Assembly (NCBI RefSeq): GCF_001194135.2
Contig: NC_069002.1
Location: 25,673,428-25,737,427 of the forward strand
DNA: 64,000 nucleotides
Source: Octopus bimaculoides
Taxonomy: Eukaryota
Reading direction: 5' to 3'
The notes under the pieces are model-generated. The model was given only the letters and a program-made list of their open reading frames with translations, made no database searches and was not told the origin of the DNA. The translations under genes were made by a program, and so were the position numbers. Of the stretch, positions 1-12,734 are shown piece after piece (positions within the stretch are counted from its first letter, which is position 1; each line of letters starts with the position of its first letter).

Positions 1-465
1 CAATCCTGGGATCATCCTGAGTCCAAAAAAGGTATATTATGTCTATGTAGAGCAAATGTAGACTAAGATACAGGGGTCCCAGACAGACAGGCAGAATTTT
101 GTGTTTATTATTATAGAAGTTCCCTGAACATTACTGTCTCCCTTCCCAGGGCTAAAAGGGCCAGTTGCCTGGATTCCACGCCAGTCTGTTGCAGAGTTAC
201 TCATTTACAGTTGAGTGGAGTGCAGTAATGTGAAATAAATGAAACAATGAAACATATGTAGCATCGAATTAAAAATATTCCACGTTTCTCAGTCTTTGTT
301 TTGATATATACTTACATTGCAAATATGATTCACCAGAACTTTCAAATGGTATTTATGCCTCAGTGAAAATACAACCTCTACATGCACACCATTGAATACT
401 GGAGTGTTCTGATGTGCTTCACAAGGGCACGGCTTTGATTATGATCACTTCTATACATACATATA

Positions 466-883
466 GGTGTAGGAGTGGCTGTGTGGTAAGTAGCTCGCTA
501 ATCAGCCACATGGTTCCGGGTTCATTCCCACTCCGTGGCACCTTGTGCAAGTGTCTTCTACTATAGCCTCGGGCCGACCAAAGCCTTGTGAGTGGATTTG
601 GTAGACGGAAACTGAAAGAATCCCATCGTATATATGTATATATATATATGTGTGTATATGTTTGTGTGTCTGTGTTTGTGTCCCCCCGCCATCGCTTGAC
701 AACCGATGGTGGTGTGTTTACGTTCCCGTAACTTAGAGGTTCGGCAAAAGAGACCAATAGAATAAGTACTAGGCTTCCAAAGAATAAGTCCTGGGGTCGA
801 TTTGCTCGACTAAAAGGCGGTGCTTCAGCATGGCCGCAGTCAAATGACTGAAACAAGTAAAAGAATAAAAGAGTAAAAGAATA
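466..883 (+). mobile_element. tRNA-derived SINE family A (octopus OK/OR-like), full length with internal (AT/GT) microsatellite
   Basis: Head GGTGTAGGAGTGGCTGTGTGGTAAG...GGTTCATTCCC (A/B-box-like), tail ...GACTGAAACAAGTAAAAGAATAAAAGA; the same sequence recurs several times in the window. Confidence 0.85.
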
Positions 884-899
884 CATACATATATATATA

Positions 900-936
<37 letters not shown>

Positions 937-1237
937 GTATGTATCCCATAGAACTTCCCAAAGCCAGACGCCCATATCTAAGTGTTATCTAAGCCTAATT
1001 AGAACCTATGAACAAAAAGCAACCATTACCAATGTAAATGTTTCCCACAAACTATGAATCTACAAGCACTTTCCACTTTACAAGAATGAAGGACAGCTCA
1101 GAATAACGAGACTAAGATATAAGAAATTCACAATTGAGCATAACATATGTATATACCCATCATCAGCTGCCAAGCGGATATCACTATGGTTTTGACACCT
1201 GGGCAGTACCATGCAATCTGGTAGCATCAACAATATT

Positions 1238-1453
1238 TGCTTCTTTATTACCCACAGGGGGTTAAATATAGAGAGGATAAACAAAAGGATTAAGTCAATT
1301 ACATCGACCCCAGTGTGTAACTGGTACTTATTTAATCAACCCTGAAAGGTAAAGTCGACCTCGGCGGAATTTGAACTCAGAACGTAACAGAAGTCGAAAT
1401 ACCGTTAAGCGTTTTGCCCAGCGTACTAACGTTTCTGCCAGCTTTCCGTCTTC
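1238..1453 (-). mobile_element. tRNA-derived SINE family B (central domain resembling Deu/Nin) with 17-bp TSD
   Basis: Reverse complement of the recurrent CTGGCAGAAACGTTAG...GAGTTCAAATTCCGCCGAGGTCGAC...AAGTACCAG consensus; TSD GTAGCATCAACAATATT at 1221-1237 and 1454-1470. Confidence 0.85.
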
Positions 1454-2339
1454 GTAGCATCAACAATATTAAAAATATAAACACTAGCTGGGAATCCACC
1501 AGCTTATTACAGCAAGTGACTACATCAGATGAAATAAACAGTGATAACTTATAATAATAATAAAATAGGGTTTTATAAAACAAAGAAATTATTCCAAAAC
1601 ACACATTCAGATGATACAACAAACATAGACTGCTGCATACTTTGCTTCTCAATCAACATCACATCACAAACCTAATATCACCCAAAACAAGTCTAATAAA
1701 GATTAGTGAACAGTAAATCTCGTGAACAACGTCCTTGAACAATGTACGAAGAACAGGACAAGCTTAGATTAAATATCTATGTAACAGGTACAATACTATA
1801 AAATATATTAACTAAATAAATTGTTTATTAAATGTAAAGCAATAAAATAAAAAAGGGAATCAAAATTAAATTAAATTAAATTTAAATAATTTTATATATG
1901 CTTCTATAACTAAAACAAATGTATATGTGTATATATACACACTGTATAATGCACATTAATGCAGATATTTTCCAATGAACAGATTTTGTATTACCTTTTT
2001 GGAAGTGTTATTTATTTGGCTCATCTTCCCACCAAATCTCCATTTGTTCAATTACACCTGTCATAGCTAACATTGCTAACAACATGAAAAATTCCGACCA
2101 AAACAGAGTGTTTTAGTCAATAAAAACAATACAGTCAGAATAATTGTTGAAATATCTGATTAAATTAATCTAAGGTCATTTAGTTTTTTAAAAATTGAAA
2201 CAAAAAAAAGCAATCATTATTTAAATTTAATCTTAATTTAAATACATTTTTTGCTTTTAAACATTATTTGTAAATAATATATCTGAGAATCATTTAGTTT
2301 TGAACTTAAATATAATAAAGTTAGCGAAACAAAAATTTG

Positions 2340-3445
2340 CCCTTTTAGTGGTTTCTTGGAACTTAACAGCATAAAGCTTAGCAGATATCATTTACTTCGA
2401 ATATAAATTAATATAGAAATTTAAATTAGATCAGTTTACAACTGGAAATTTGTATTATAGAACCAGAAGTAGTCTCAGGCAGGTTGGTATCAAAATAACT
2501 GACCTTTTTATTACCATATTTCTGTTGGAATATATTTTGTTTCAATTTAACTTTGAAATTATGAAGAATTTTGGTAAAAAAAATTTGTCATTATTAATCT
2601 GGTTTTTGGAACATAAACTAAAAGGAAATTTTGTTGGACGGTTTTAATTTAGATCACTTTAACACTTTTGTTATCATATTCCTGTTGAAATACACTCATT
2701 TGTGTCAATTTATTTGGAAAATAATGAAGAATTTTGTAAAATAAATTTGTTCAGCATCAAGCTAGTGTTTGGAACATAAATCAACAGGAAATTTTGATGG
2801 AAGGTTTTGAATTTAGATTACTTTAACCTTATTCTTACCATATTCTCGTTGAAATACACTATTTTTGTCTCAATAAAATTTGAAGATAATGAAGAATTTA
2901 GTAAAATAACCCTGTCATAATTAAGCTGGTCCTCAGGACATAAATTACCATGAAATTCTGAAGGAAGCTTTTAATTTGGATAACTTTTAAAGAGGAAGTT
3001 TGTATCATAGAACCAAAGGCAGCTTCAGGCAGGTTAGTATCAAAAGAGATTATTATTTTTTTTTTTTGCTGTAATTCTCTTGAAATACACTGCCTGTGTT
3101 TCAATTACTTCTGAAAATAACAAATTTGGTTGAATAACTTTGTTATTATCAAATTGGTGTCTGAAGCATAAATTAGCAGGAAATTTTGATAGAAAGTTAT
3201 AATTAAGATCACTTTAACCCTTTCCTTACCATATTCCTGTTGAAATATACTGCTTTTGTTTAATTTAATTTTTGAAATAACGAAGGACTTAATAAAATAG
3301 CTTTTTTCATTGTTAAGCTGGTGTTTAGAACATTAATTATCATGAAATTTTTGATGGGAAGTTTTAATTTAGATCAGTTTAAAACAGGAAGTTTGTATCA
3401 TAGCAGCAGAAATGGTCTCTGACCAGATGATATCAAAAGGGTTAA
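2340..3445 (+). mobile_element. Array of piggyBac-like (TTAA) MITE units
   Basis: Last unit 3218-3441 bounded by TTAA|CCCTTT...AAAGGG|TTAA; preceded by repeats of the same about 160-bp body (GAAATACAC...GAAGAATTTAGTAAAATAAC...TTTAGATCACTTTAA). Confidence 0.7.
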
Positions 3446-3829
3446 TGATTGAATTTTGTTACATCTAATTCTTTTTCTTCATAATGGTGGTGCCAGTACT
3501 TGTAGGTGAACCATAAGATATTTCTACTTTGTTTTAAGAGTTTGTGTAATTAAAAACATAAAATAATTGACCAATAAACTTTGAGAGATTAAAGTAAAAA
3601 GCAACTAGGATAGGTTATGGGTAAATGACAGTGTTGTTGTTGTTGTTGCTGGTTGCGGTGGTGACGACGGTGAAGAAACATTAATTATAGTGGTTCATAT
3701 ATTAAAACTACATGATTAGGGGTGGAAAATCAAGAGAAAGAACAAACGAGCAATATTAACTGAATTAATGAGGAGAAATTATATATTAAAACGAAGAAAT
3801 TGCAACATACACGATATCACTGACAATAT

Positions 3830-3856
3830 GTATATGTATGTGTGCGTGTGTATGTG

Positions 3857-3952
<96 letters not shown>

Positions 3953-4021
3953 CATACATACATATATATGCATACATATACATACATACATACATATACA
4001 TACATACATATATATGCATAC

Positions 4022-4053
<32 letters not shown>

Positions 4054-4062
4054 TCATAAGAC
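3830..4062. repeat. (AT)n/(ATAC)n microsatellite
   Basis: Long pure TA dinucleotide run with TACA variants. Confidence 0.95.
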
Positions 4063-4306
4063 AATGTGTTTTGATGTTAAAATATTCTAACAGTGATAAG
4101 GGGTTTTATTAAAAAATTTACTTTATTAATACTTATTGTCTATCCTGATTATTTATACATAGCATATGTCTAAAGTATTTATGCGTGTATACACACACAC
4201 ACACACATGTATGTATATCTCTAGAAATATAGATATAGAATATATATAGATATTAGAGGTAGTAGATAACTTCTGCTACCCAAGGGCCCAAATTAGTAAT
4301 GGGGGA

Positions 4307-5005
4307 GGATGCATGGAGAATGTGATAGCTAGGAACAATAGGATGGAGGAAATTCCAAGAGCTGTTACCTCCGTTGGCCATGAAAGGTTTCTCTATCCAA
4401 GTGAAAAGAAGATTGTATGATGCATGTACACAGACAGCAATTTTATGTAGTAGTGAGATGTGGGCCCTGAATGCAGAAGACATGCAAAGGTTAGAAAGGA
4501 ATGAAGATAGTATGCTCTGCTGGATGTGTAATGTAAGTGTCTATGTTTGACAGAATGCTAGCATTCTGGGAGAGAAGTTAGGCATAAGAGGAATTGGTTG
4601 TGGTGTGCAAAAGAGGAGACTGTACTGGTTTGGTCATGTGATGCAGATGGATGCTGACAGCTCCATAAAGAAGTGCCGATCTCTCAAAGTAGATGAAGCA
4701 CATGAAAGTGGGAGATCCAAGAAGACATTGCAGGAAGACCCAGGAAGATCCAAGAAGACCTCAGGTGAGATGACAAAGGACCAAGATGCCCTGGTGAATA
4801 GCACTTGTGGTGGTGCCACATAAAAGCTCCCGTGCAGTGCCACGTAAAAGCACTCTGTAAAGCGGTTGGTGTTAGGAAGAGCATCCAGTTGTGGAAACCA
4901 TGCCAAACTAGACTGGAGTCTGGTGCAGTGCTCCAGCCTTGCCAGCTCTTGTTGCAGTTCCCCAGCACCATGCGACCCATGCCAGCATGGACAACAGACG
5001 TTAGA
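4307..5005 (+). mobile_element. RTE-clade LINE 3' fragment with 3' UTR and (GAT)n tail
   Basis: Translates to RIGWRKFQELLP...RLYDAC...WALNAEDMQRLERNE...KRRLYWFGHVMQMD...KKCRSLKVD, typical of the RTE RT C-terminus; related copies at 44215-44800 and 63150-63985. Confidence 0.85.
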
Positions 5006-5217
5006 TGATGATGATGATGATGACAATGACGATGATGATGATGACGACAACGACGACGACGACCATGATGATTGTGATAGATATGTAAACACACACACAT
5101 ACATACATACATCTGTACATATATATTATTATTATTATTATTATTATTATTATCATTATCATCATCATCATCTTCATCATAATCATCATCATCATTATTA
5201 TTATTATCCTCATCATC

Positions 5218-5303
<86 letters not shown>

Positions 5304-5345
5304 CATTATTATTATTATTATTATCATTATTATTATTATTATTAT
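5005..5345. repeat. Compound trinucleotide microsatellite (GAT/GAC, CAT/TAT)
   Basis: Direct inspection. Confidence 0.9.
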
Positions 5346-6100
5346 GAAGGCAGCGATCTGGCAGGGTCGTTAGGATGCTGGGCAAAATGCTTAGAGGCAG
5401 TTCGTCTGTTTTTACATTCTGGGTTCAAATTTGCCTTTCGTCCTTCCGGTGTTGATGAAATAAGTATTGGTTATGCACTGTGTTGGTTACCCACGACAAA
5501 TACATACATAAATACATACACACACACTCACACACATACATACATATACGTACACATACACACATATACATACATGCTCACATACATACATATATACATG
5601 CATATATACATACACAGACACAAATACATCCATACATTCAGACATACAGCGATTACATACCGAATAAGACCACTTCTTGGAATCAAGGGTCCAAGAAGTT
5701 CCAGTGAATGAAATTGCTTTGAATGGGCAAAGAGTTGCACATCAGTGAGCCACTTCTCAGTGCAATCAACCGTAAAATCAGGGGCACAATGGAGGCTGAG
5801 ATGACCAGAAACTGATGCATTTCAGGTTTTTTTATTTATATGAGGTGACCTTCTAGGAGAAGGAAGTTCTAATGAGATTTTGGGGTCCTCCACCCCCAGT
5901 TGTCTATATACAAGTTAATCCAAAGATGGTGACTAGGCAGAATCATTAACACACCGGGTAAACTTTGCCGAGGTAGACTTTGCCATTCATTCTTTTGGGG
6001 TCGATAAAATAAGTACCAGTGAAACACTGGGGTTGATGTAATCAGCTGTCCCCCAACCCCAACTAAATCTCAGGCCTTGTGCCTCTAGTAAAAAAAAAAA

Positions 6101-6152
<52 letters not shown>

Positions 6153-6155
6153 TTA

Positions 6156-6365
6156 AAGGCAAGAATCATTAGTACGCTGGGCAAAATGCTTTGTAGCATT
6201 TCATCCGTCTTTACATTCTGAGTTCAAATTCTGCCGAGGTAGACTTTGCCATTCCTTCTTTTGGGTTTGATAAAATAAACAGGAGTTGAGCTGTGGGGTT
6301 GATGTAATTGATTTCCCCACTCCCCCGGAATTGCTGGCCTTATGCCAAAATTTGAAATCAGTATA
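6156..6365 (+). mobile_element. SINE family B copy (a second partial copy at about 5925-6095, another at about 5349-5468)
   Basis: GGCAAAATGC...GAGTTCAAATTCTGCCGAGGTAGACTTTGCC... consensus. Confidence 0.75.
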
Positions 6366-6494
6366 CTTTTAACCCTATAGCTGGGATCCAGAGAGGTGCT
6401 ACTACTCTGGATTAGAAGAGATCTCACTAAGAGACCATTCAACACACCTCAAAATCCTGGAACTTCCAAACCAGAGCTCCATTACCAATGCAGA

Positions 6495-6915
6495 ACAGAT
6501 ACACACATACATACATACATACATACATACACACGCACATAATACATATACATACATGCACACATACATACATATACATACATACATGCACACACATACA
6601 TACATGTACATGCATATACATACATATATACATACATAGACACAACTACATCCATACATTCACATATATATATATATACATACATATGTACCTACACATA
6701 TAAATACATAGGTATATACATACATACATGCATGCATGCATGCATACATACATACACACATAAATACATACATATATACATACACAGATACATATAGATA
6801 CATATACACATACATACCTATGTACATACATACCTACATACATGCATACATATGTACATACATGCATGCGTACATGCATACATATGTACATACATGCATG
6901 CTTATGTACATACAT
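6495..6915. repeat. (CATA)n/(CA)n compound microsatellite
   Basis: Direct inspection. Confidence 0.9.
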
Positions 6916-7057
6916 AGTAAGTGCCTAAATGACAATCTGGAAGCTAGAATTTTCAGAAAAAGTAATTAACCAGCTAACATGTGCACTACAAATACAGTCT
7001 GTAAGAGGAACAGTTAAAATATGCAAGATTTTATGCAGGTTTAACATGGGACATTAC

Positions 7058-7138
7058 TTTTGTTATCTGCATTTCAAAGATGAAGCTTTGTATCTTTGTT
7101 ATAAACCAGCTCCTGGCTTCCACGAAGACTTCAAAGAA
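7058..7138 (-). CDS. Candidate internal exon (81 nt, phase 0/0), FFEVFVEARSWFITKIQSFIFEMQITK, unidentified
   Basis: Strong polypyrimidine acceptor CTTTGTACTTTCTCTTCTGTTTATAG, donor AAA|GTAATG, one open frame; no recognisable homology. Confidence 0.2.
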
Positions 7139-7931
7139 CTATAAACAGAAGAGAAAGTACAAAGATACATACAGATACATACATGCATATAGAGGGAACG
7201 CATATGCTCGCAATGTAATACAAGTATATACACTTCCCATTAAAAAATGACGGGGAGAAAAGTAAAAGGAAGAATTAATTTTGTGTTTACTTTAATATAT
7301 TTAATATAGTACAGAACTGATCTCAACAGAGGATTAATAGTTTTCTGTTTAATATAAACATTGAATTTGAAAGTCCTGGGAGATTGTGCCAGTCTAACAA
7401 CAAAAACAGTAACCATTTACTAAATTATTGAGTTGAATTAATTAAATTAGCATTTTTATAATGAATTGGAAATCAAATAGTTTAATTGTATAGTTTTATA
7501 GTCTGGTTAAGCATTGCTTACCCAGATGGCACATTTCTGATATATACATAGATACATAGATACAGTCATACATACATACATACATACATACATACATACA
7601 TGATATGTATATGTATATATATGTATGTATGTAGATTTATGTATAAATATATACATACACAGACACACACATATATATGCAAACAATTACATTCATATAT
7701 ATTATAATATACATATATATGTATACATATATAAACAGATTGATAAATATAGATGTAATAGTACATATTACACACACATATGCACACACACACACACACA
7801 CAAACACACATATATATGCACATATATAGACACATACATGTATATAAAATATTATATACATATACATTCACACACAGACACACACATACATATATATATA
7901 TAATATTTTATATACATGTATNNNNNNNNNN

Positions 7932-7978
<47 letters not shown>

Positions 7979-8519
7979 GATCTCTATGTATGTGTGTATG
8001 TGTGAGTGTATGTGTGCATACGGGGGTGGTGGTGGTATGTGTGTTTCCTAATATTAAACAGATGAAAAACATCTTTGTAAGAAACAGTTTATAGTTGATA
8101 GTATTTCTCATTAATTATTTATAAAGCAATAATTCGTCAAGAAATATGAATTGAGAAAATTGTTATTTTGCTAACAAAGTAAAACAGTGAATAAAATATT
8201 TATAAACATAAAGAAAGACTTGTTTATGTGTTAAACATCTATTGTAGGAAAATGTAAATAGAGTTTAGAGTCTCATATGTTAGCAATCTTTGTGATAGCA
8301 TCCATTGTATTAGCTTCCTTTGTTCCTTATTTCAGTGATATAAGCATTAAAAGATGGAGAGTTCCTGCTGATCTCTGCAAGACTTACCATGGCTGCTGCT
8401 ATTGTTGTTGTTGTTGGTTAACACAGGCCAGACCAGGCCTGATCGACAAGACCTATCATCAAAATATTCTGTTCATGAACATCCAGCATTTTCCTTTCCG
8501 TCATCTCATGTTTTGCACT

Positions 8520-9730
8520 ATTTTTTAAAACCTTTTTTATTCTATATTTCTGTTTAAAATGCATTTTGGTTGTTTTAGTTAATCTTGGAAATAACAGAGA
8601 ATCTATTAGAATAACTTGGTGATTACTCAGCTGGTGTTTGGAAAACATAAATTAACAAGGAATTTTGAAGGAAGGGTTTCATTTAAATTGCTAACACTTT
8701 TGTTACCATATTTCTGCTCAAAAACATTGCTGTTGTTTCAATTAATTTTGAAAATAATGAAGAATTTATTAAAATATCCTTGTCATTATTAAGCTGGTAT
8801 TTGGAATATCAATGGATATGGAATTTTGAGGAAAGGTTTTAATTTCAATCACTTTAATCCTTTTGTTACCATATTCCTGTTGAAATACACTTTGTTAGTT
8901 TCAATTGATTTTGAAGTCAAGCTAAGTAAAAACACGGTTGTCCTTGGATACAGGCTTGCCCCAGCATACCTCTCCTGCTGAACAGCATCCCTAATCTCGT
9001 GGGCTTGTAGATGCTGGTGCCATGTAAAAAGCTCCCATATTGGTGCTGTGTGAAAGTACCCAGTACACTCTGTAAAGTATCTGGCATTAGGAAGGGCATC
9101 CTGCTGTAGAAACCATGCCAAAGCAGACACACTGGAGCTTGGTGCAGTCCTCTGATTTGCCAGTTCCTGTCAAACCATCCAACCCATGCCAGCATGGAAA
9201 AAAGATATCAAATGATGGTGATGATTATGATGATGACGATGAGGACGACGACGACGACAACAGCAACGATGATGATGATGATGATGATGAATTTAGTAAA
9301 ATAACTTTGTCATAATGGAGCTGGTATTTGGAACATCAATGAACATGAAATTTTGATGAAAGATTTTGATTTCAATCACTTTAACCCTTTTGTTACCATA
9401 TTCCTGTTGAAATACACTTTGTTACAATTAATTTTAAAATAACTTTGTCATTATGAAGCTGGTATGCGAAAAATTAACGAAAAGGAAATTTTGGGTGAAG
9501 GTTTTTGGTTTTGATCACTTTAAGCCTTTTATTACCATACTTCTGTTGACACCTGATAACCTTATTTCAGTTAATTTGTTATTAAACTGGTTTTGGAACT
9601 TGAATTAACATGGAATTTTGAAGGACGATTACTTTAACCCTTTTGGTACCTTTTTTGTTTCTGTTGAAATGCACTGCCCTTGTTTTATTGAATTTTGAAA
9701 ATGATGAAAATTTAGTAAAATAACTTTGTC
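8520..9730 (+). mobile_element. Second array of the piggyBac-like MITE body, interrupted by an RTE-tail repeat (about 8905-9290)
   Basis: Repeated TTAA(C/T)CCTTTTGTTACCATATT(T/C)CTGTTGAAATACAC units. Confidence 0.7.
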
Positions 9731-9744
9731 ATTATTAAACTGGA

Positions 9745-9965
9745 AAAAGACAGCGAGACAGCAGAAATGTTAGCACAGTGGGCGAAACGCTTAGCAGTAT
9801 TTCGCCTCTCTTTACGTTCTGAGTTCAAATTCCACTGAGGTTGACTTTGCCTTTCATCCTTTCAGGGTCGATAAAATTAAGTACCAGTTGCGTACTGGGG
9901 TCAATCTAATCAACTGGACCCTCCCACAAAATTTCGAGCTCTAAGCCTCGAGTAGAAAAAATTAT
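9745..9965 (+). mobile_element. SINE family B copy
   Basis: CAGCAGAAATGTTAGCACAGTGGGCGAAACGCTTAGC...GAGTTCAAATTCC...AAGTACCAGTTGCGTACTGGGGTC. Confidence 0.8.
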
Positions 9966-9974
9966 TATTATTAT

Positions 9975-11220
9975 TATTGTTCAGTAGTTTTATTTTTATA
10001 ATGTGCTTTCACTTCACTACCGAGCGCAGCTCTGTGCGCCTTGGGTATGTGCTGTGGTTTGCTGTGGTGCTCTTATGTTTACTGTATTGAAAGTGTTTTG
10101 CGTAGAATGTGTGCAGTACCCAGTAGTGCAATTTTCTGTATGTTATATATATTTGTAAGTCCTGGTATTTTTGTTATGTATTAGGGATGCTGTTCAGCAG
10201 GAGAGGTATGCTGGGGCAAGCCTGTATCCAAGGACAACCGTGTTTTTACTTAGCATGACTTCAAAATCAATTGAAACTAACTATGATAGGAATTGTTTCT
10301 GTTTTTAGATTCCACATTCGAGTTATCTCTATTTCCAGGTCTTTGTATTTTGAAAGTTACTCCATTTCTTTTAGAGAAACGTTGTCATCTGCTGGTATTG
10401 ATACATCAATTAGNNNNNNNNNNNNNNNNNNNNNNNNNNNNNNNNNNNNNNNNNNNNNNNNNNNNNNNNNNNNNNNNNNNNNNNNNNNNNNNNNNNNNNN
10501 NNNNNNNNNNNNNNNNNNNNNNNNNNNNNNNNNNNNNNNNNNNNNNNNNNNNNNNNNNNNNNNNNNNNNNNNNNNNNNNNNNNNNNNNNNNNNNNNNNNN
10601 NNNNNNNNNNNNNNNNNNNNNNNNNNNNNNNNNNNNNNNNNNNNNNNNNNNNNNNNNNNNNNNNNNNNNNNNNNNNNNNNNNNNNNNNNNNNNNNNNNNN
10701 NNNNNNNNNNNNNNNNNNNNNNNNNNNNNNNNNNNNNNNNNNNNNNNNNNNNNNNNNNNNNNNNNNNNNNNNNNNNNNNNNNNNNNNNNNNNNNNNNNNN
10801 NNNNNNNNNNNNNNNNNNNNNNNNNNNNNNNNNNNNNNNNNNNNNNNNNNNNNNNNNNNNNNNNNNNNNNNNNNNNNNNNNNNNNNNNNNNNNGCCCAGT
10901 ATTTACCATGTAGGGGCTTTTCTTGCCATCATTTTATCAGGGTCCGTTGCTGTTCTAGTTTTAGTTTGGATTTCATTTGTTTTATAGCTTTTGTTGTTTC
11001 TTCTTCTTCTTCTTCTTCTTCGTATTTGTTAGGTAGATTGATTTCTTGTTTGTATTTGTCAGCTTCCTTAAATACTGAAAACAGTTTTTTGTTTTGCTCG
11101 TGTTTTGTGGCTATTTGTATTAGTTTCCCTTGCTTCTGGAGTAGGTATTTTTGCAGTCCTATGGTGGTTATTTTATAATAGTTTTCTAGCTGTATAAGAC
11201 CCCTGCCACCTTCTGTGCGT
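9975..11220 (-). mobile_element. Dong/R4-clade LINE 3' fragment spanning an N-gap, ending at (TAA)n
   Basis: Minus strand reads GLIQLENYYKITTIGLQKYL...MKSKLKLEQQRTLIK*WQEKPLHGKYW; the 3' part matches the copy at 59050-59365. Confidence 0.85.
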
Positions 11221-11564
11221 TAATTCATATCATTTTAAAACAAGGTATTTGTATCACAAAACCAAGGGCAATTTCAGGCAGGGATTTAAATTAAAATCTC
11301 ACCTCAAAATGTTCATTTATTTCCCAAACAACAGCATCATAATGACACAATTATTCTAATAAATTATCTATTATTTTCAAAATTAATTGAAACAATTTGA
11401 TTTGAAACAATTTTGGTTGCTGCTTGCAGCAGGCAATATGATTTTTATAGAAAATTTCTTGTTTTTGTTCATTAACCAAAAACCGATGTTTAGGAATTTG
11501 GTTTCTGTCACTAAATCCAAGACAATAGCATCACTGGATAGGGTATGGAAATAAAACTTTGATG

Positions 11565-11870
11565 ATAATGCTTGCTTGCTTCTTGTTTGATGGAGCTAGG
11601 GTCATCCCAGGTTAGTGGTCCCAGAGGTGTTATCCTATATAGAGCCAGCCAGGTCCACCAGTGCTCCCCATCACTGGCAGTCCATGGTCAGCCCCTCTGC
11701 ATCCTTCAAAATGACACTGAGTGTCTGGAGATCTTCCTTGATTATGTCCAGCCATTTGATGCAGGGCCTGCCACAAGGCCTCTTCCAGCCCGCAGCTGCT
11801 ACATCAAATGAGAGTAAGGCCCCGATAGGATGATTTGGTGGGTGGTGGAGGACATGTCCTTACCAGGGCA
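11565..11870 (-). mobile_element. RTE-clade LINE 3' end with (CAAG)n tail
   Basis: Minus strand HPIGALLSFDVAAAGWKRPCGRPCIKWLDIIKEDLQTL, RTE C-terminal GRP..W motif. Confidence 0.75.
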
Positions 11871-12086
11871 TGTGATGGGCAGTTATAAGGTGGGAGGGTG
11901 TTCTTTAAATTAAAATTGTGTTACTTAGAACATAATGGTGACATATAATCAAAGGGTAGGATAGGTCTACCGATGCTACAGGTTTGTAGGTGCCTTTATT
12001 AATATATTTTTTTCTAAATTTTCCCAAGATGAACCTGTAAATGAAGGAATAATATGTTTATTTTATTCATCTTAATTTTGTTGTAG

Positions 12087-12165
12087 GGAGTTAGTAATAA
12101 TGGTACACCCCTCCCACGTGACAAATGGAATAACCTTGTCACTATGAGTAAAGTGAAGTACCAGA
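12087..12165 (+). CDS. Candidate exon GVSNNGTPLPRDKWNNLVTMSKVKYQ, unidentified
   Basis: Acceptor TTAATTTTGTTGTAG, donors A|GTATGT or A|GTAAAG, non-repetitive composition; no homology recognised. Confidence 0.2.
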
Positions 12166-12734
12166 GTATGTAGTAGAGGGTCAGAGATAGTCGTATCTTT
12201 ACTAGTTTTACTAAGTAGACTGTATACCGAAGTGGGCATTATAACGGACCAACATTTTAAGGAATATAACAATAGCAACAAGAATTTAAACAACCGTAGT
12301 TTAGACTGAAAAAAAATTCATATTTTGACGATAAATGCAGCTTAGAATGTGCCTTGAAATTTCATATTTTGGCTATAAATGTATTTTAGACTGTGTTGCT
12401 AAATATCAATAACTTTCAAGTCTAGAAGTGAAAGAACTGTGATGACTACGGTACGGTGCAATGGTTTAACTTGTTGCCATAATCATTAGATTTTGGTGGA
12501 AGGTTTATTCTGGTAAAATGGTGCTTAAGCAGTAAACCCCATTAAAGTCCATTTGTAAAATTGTGAAACTGTCATAATGTTTTATGTTGCCATGTTGTAA
12601 ATTGAAGTGAAATGTCTATAATTGTTATTATTGAGTCATCATGGTGTCTAAGAATTATTGTCGTTGACTTTAGACAAATGGAACTAGCAATGGAAGGGGT
12701 TTTATACAGACATGCTTATGGCGTTGGAGATGAT

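Noticed and set aside
3768-4112. Many 60-370 aa ORFs rich in YI, HT, CV, poly-I/D/H or X
   Set aside because: Translations of microsatellites or N-gaps, not genes; this applies throughout the window.
8385-8470. Minus-strand GCCATG|GTAAGT first-exon signal
   Set aside because: The upstream part belongs to a common interspersed repeat also seen near 21040-21120 and 51960.
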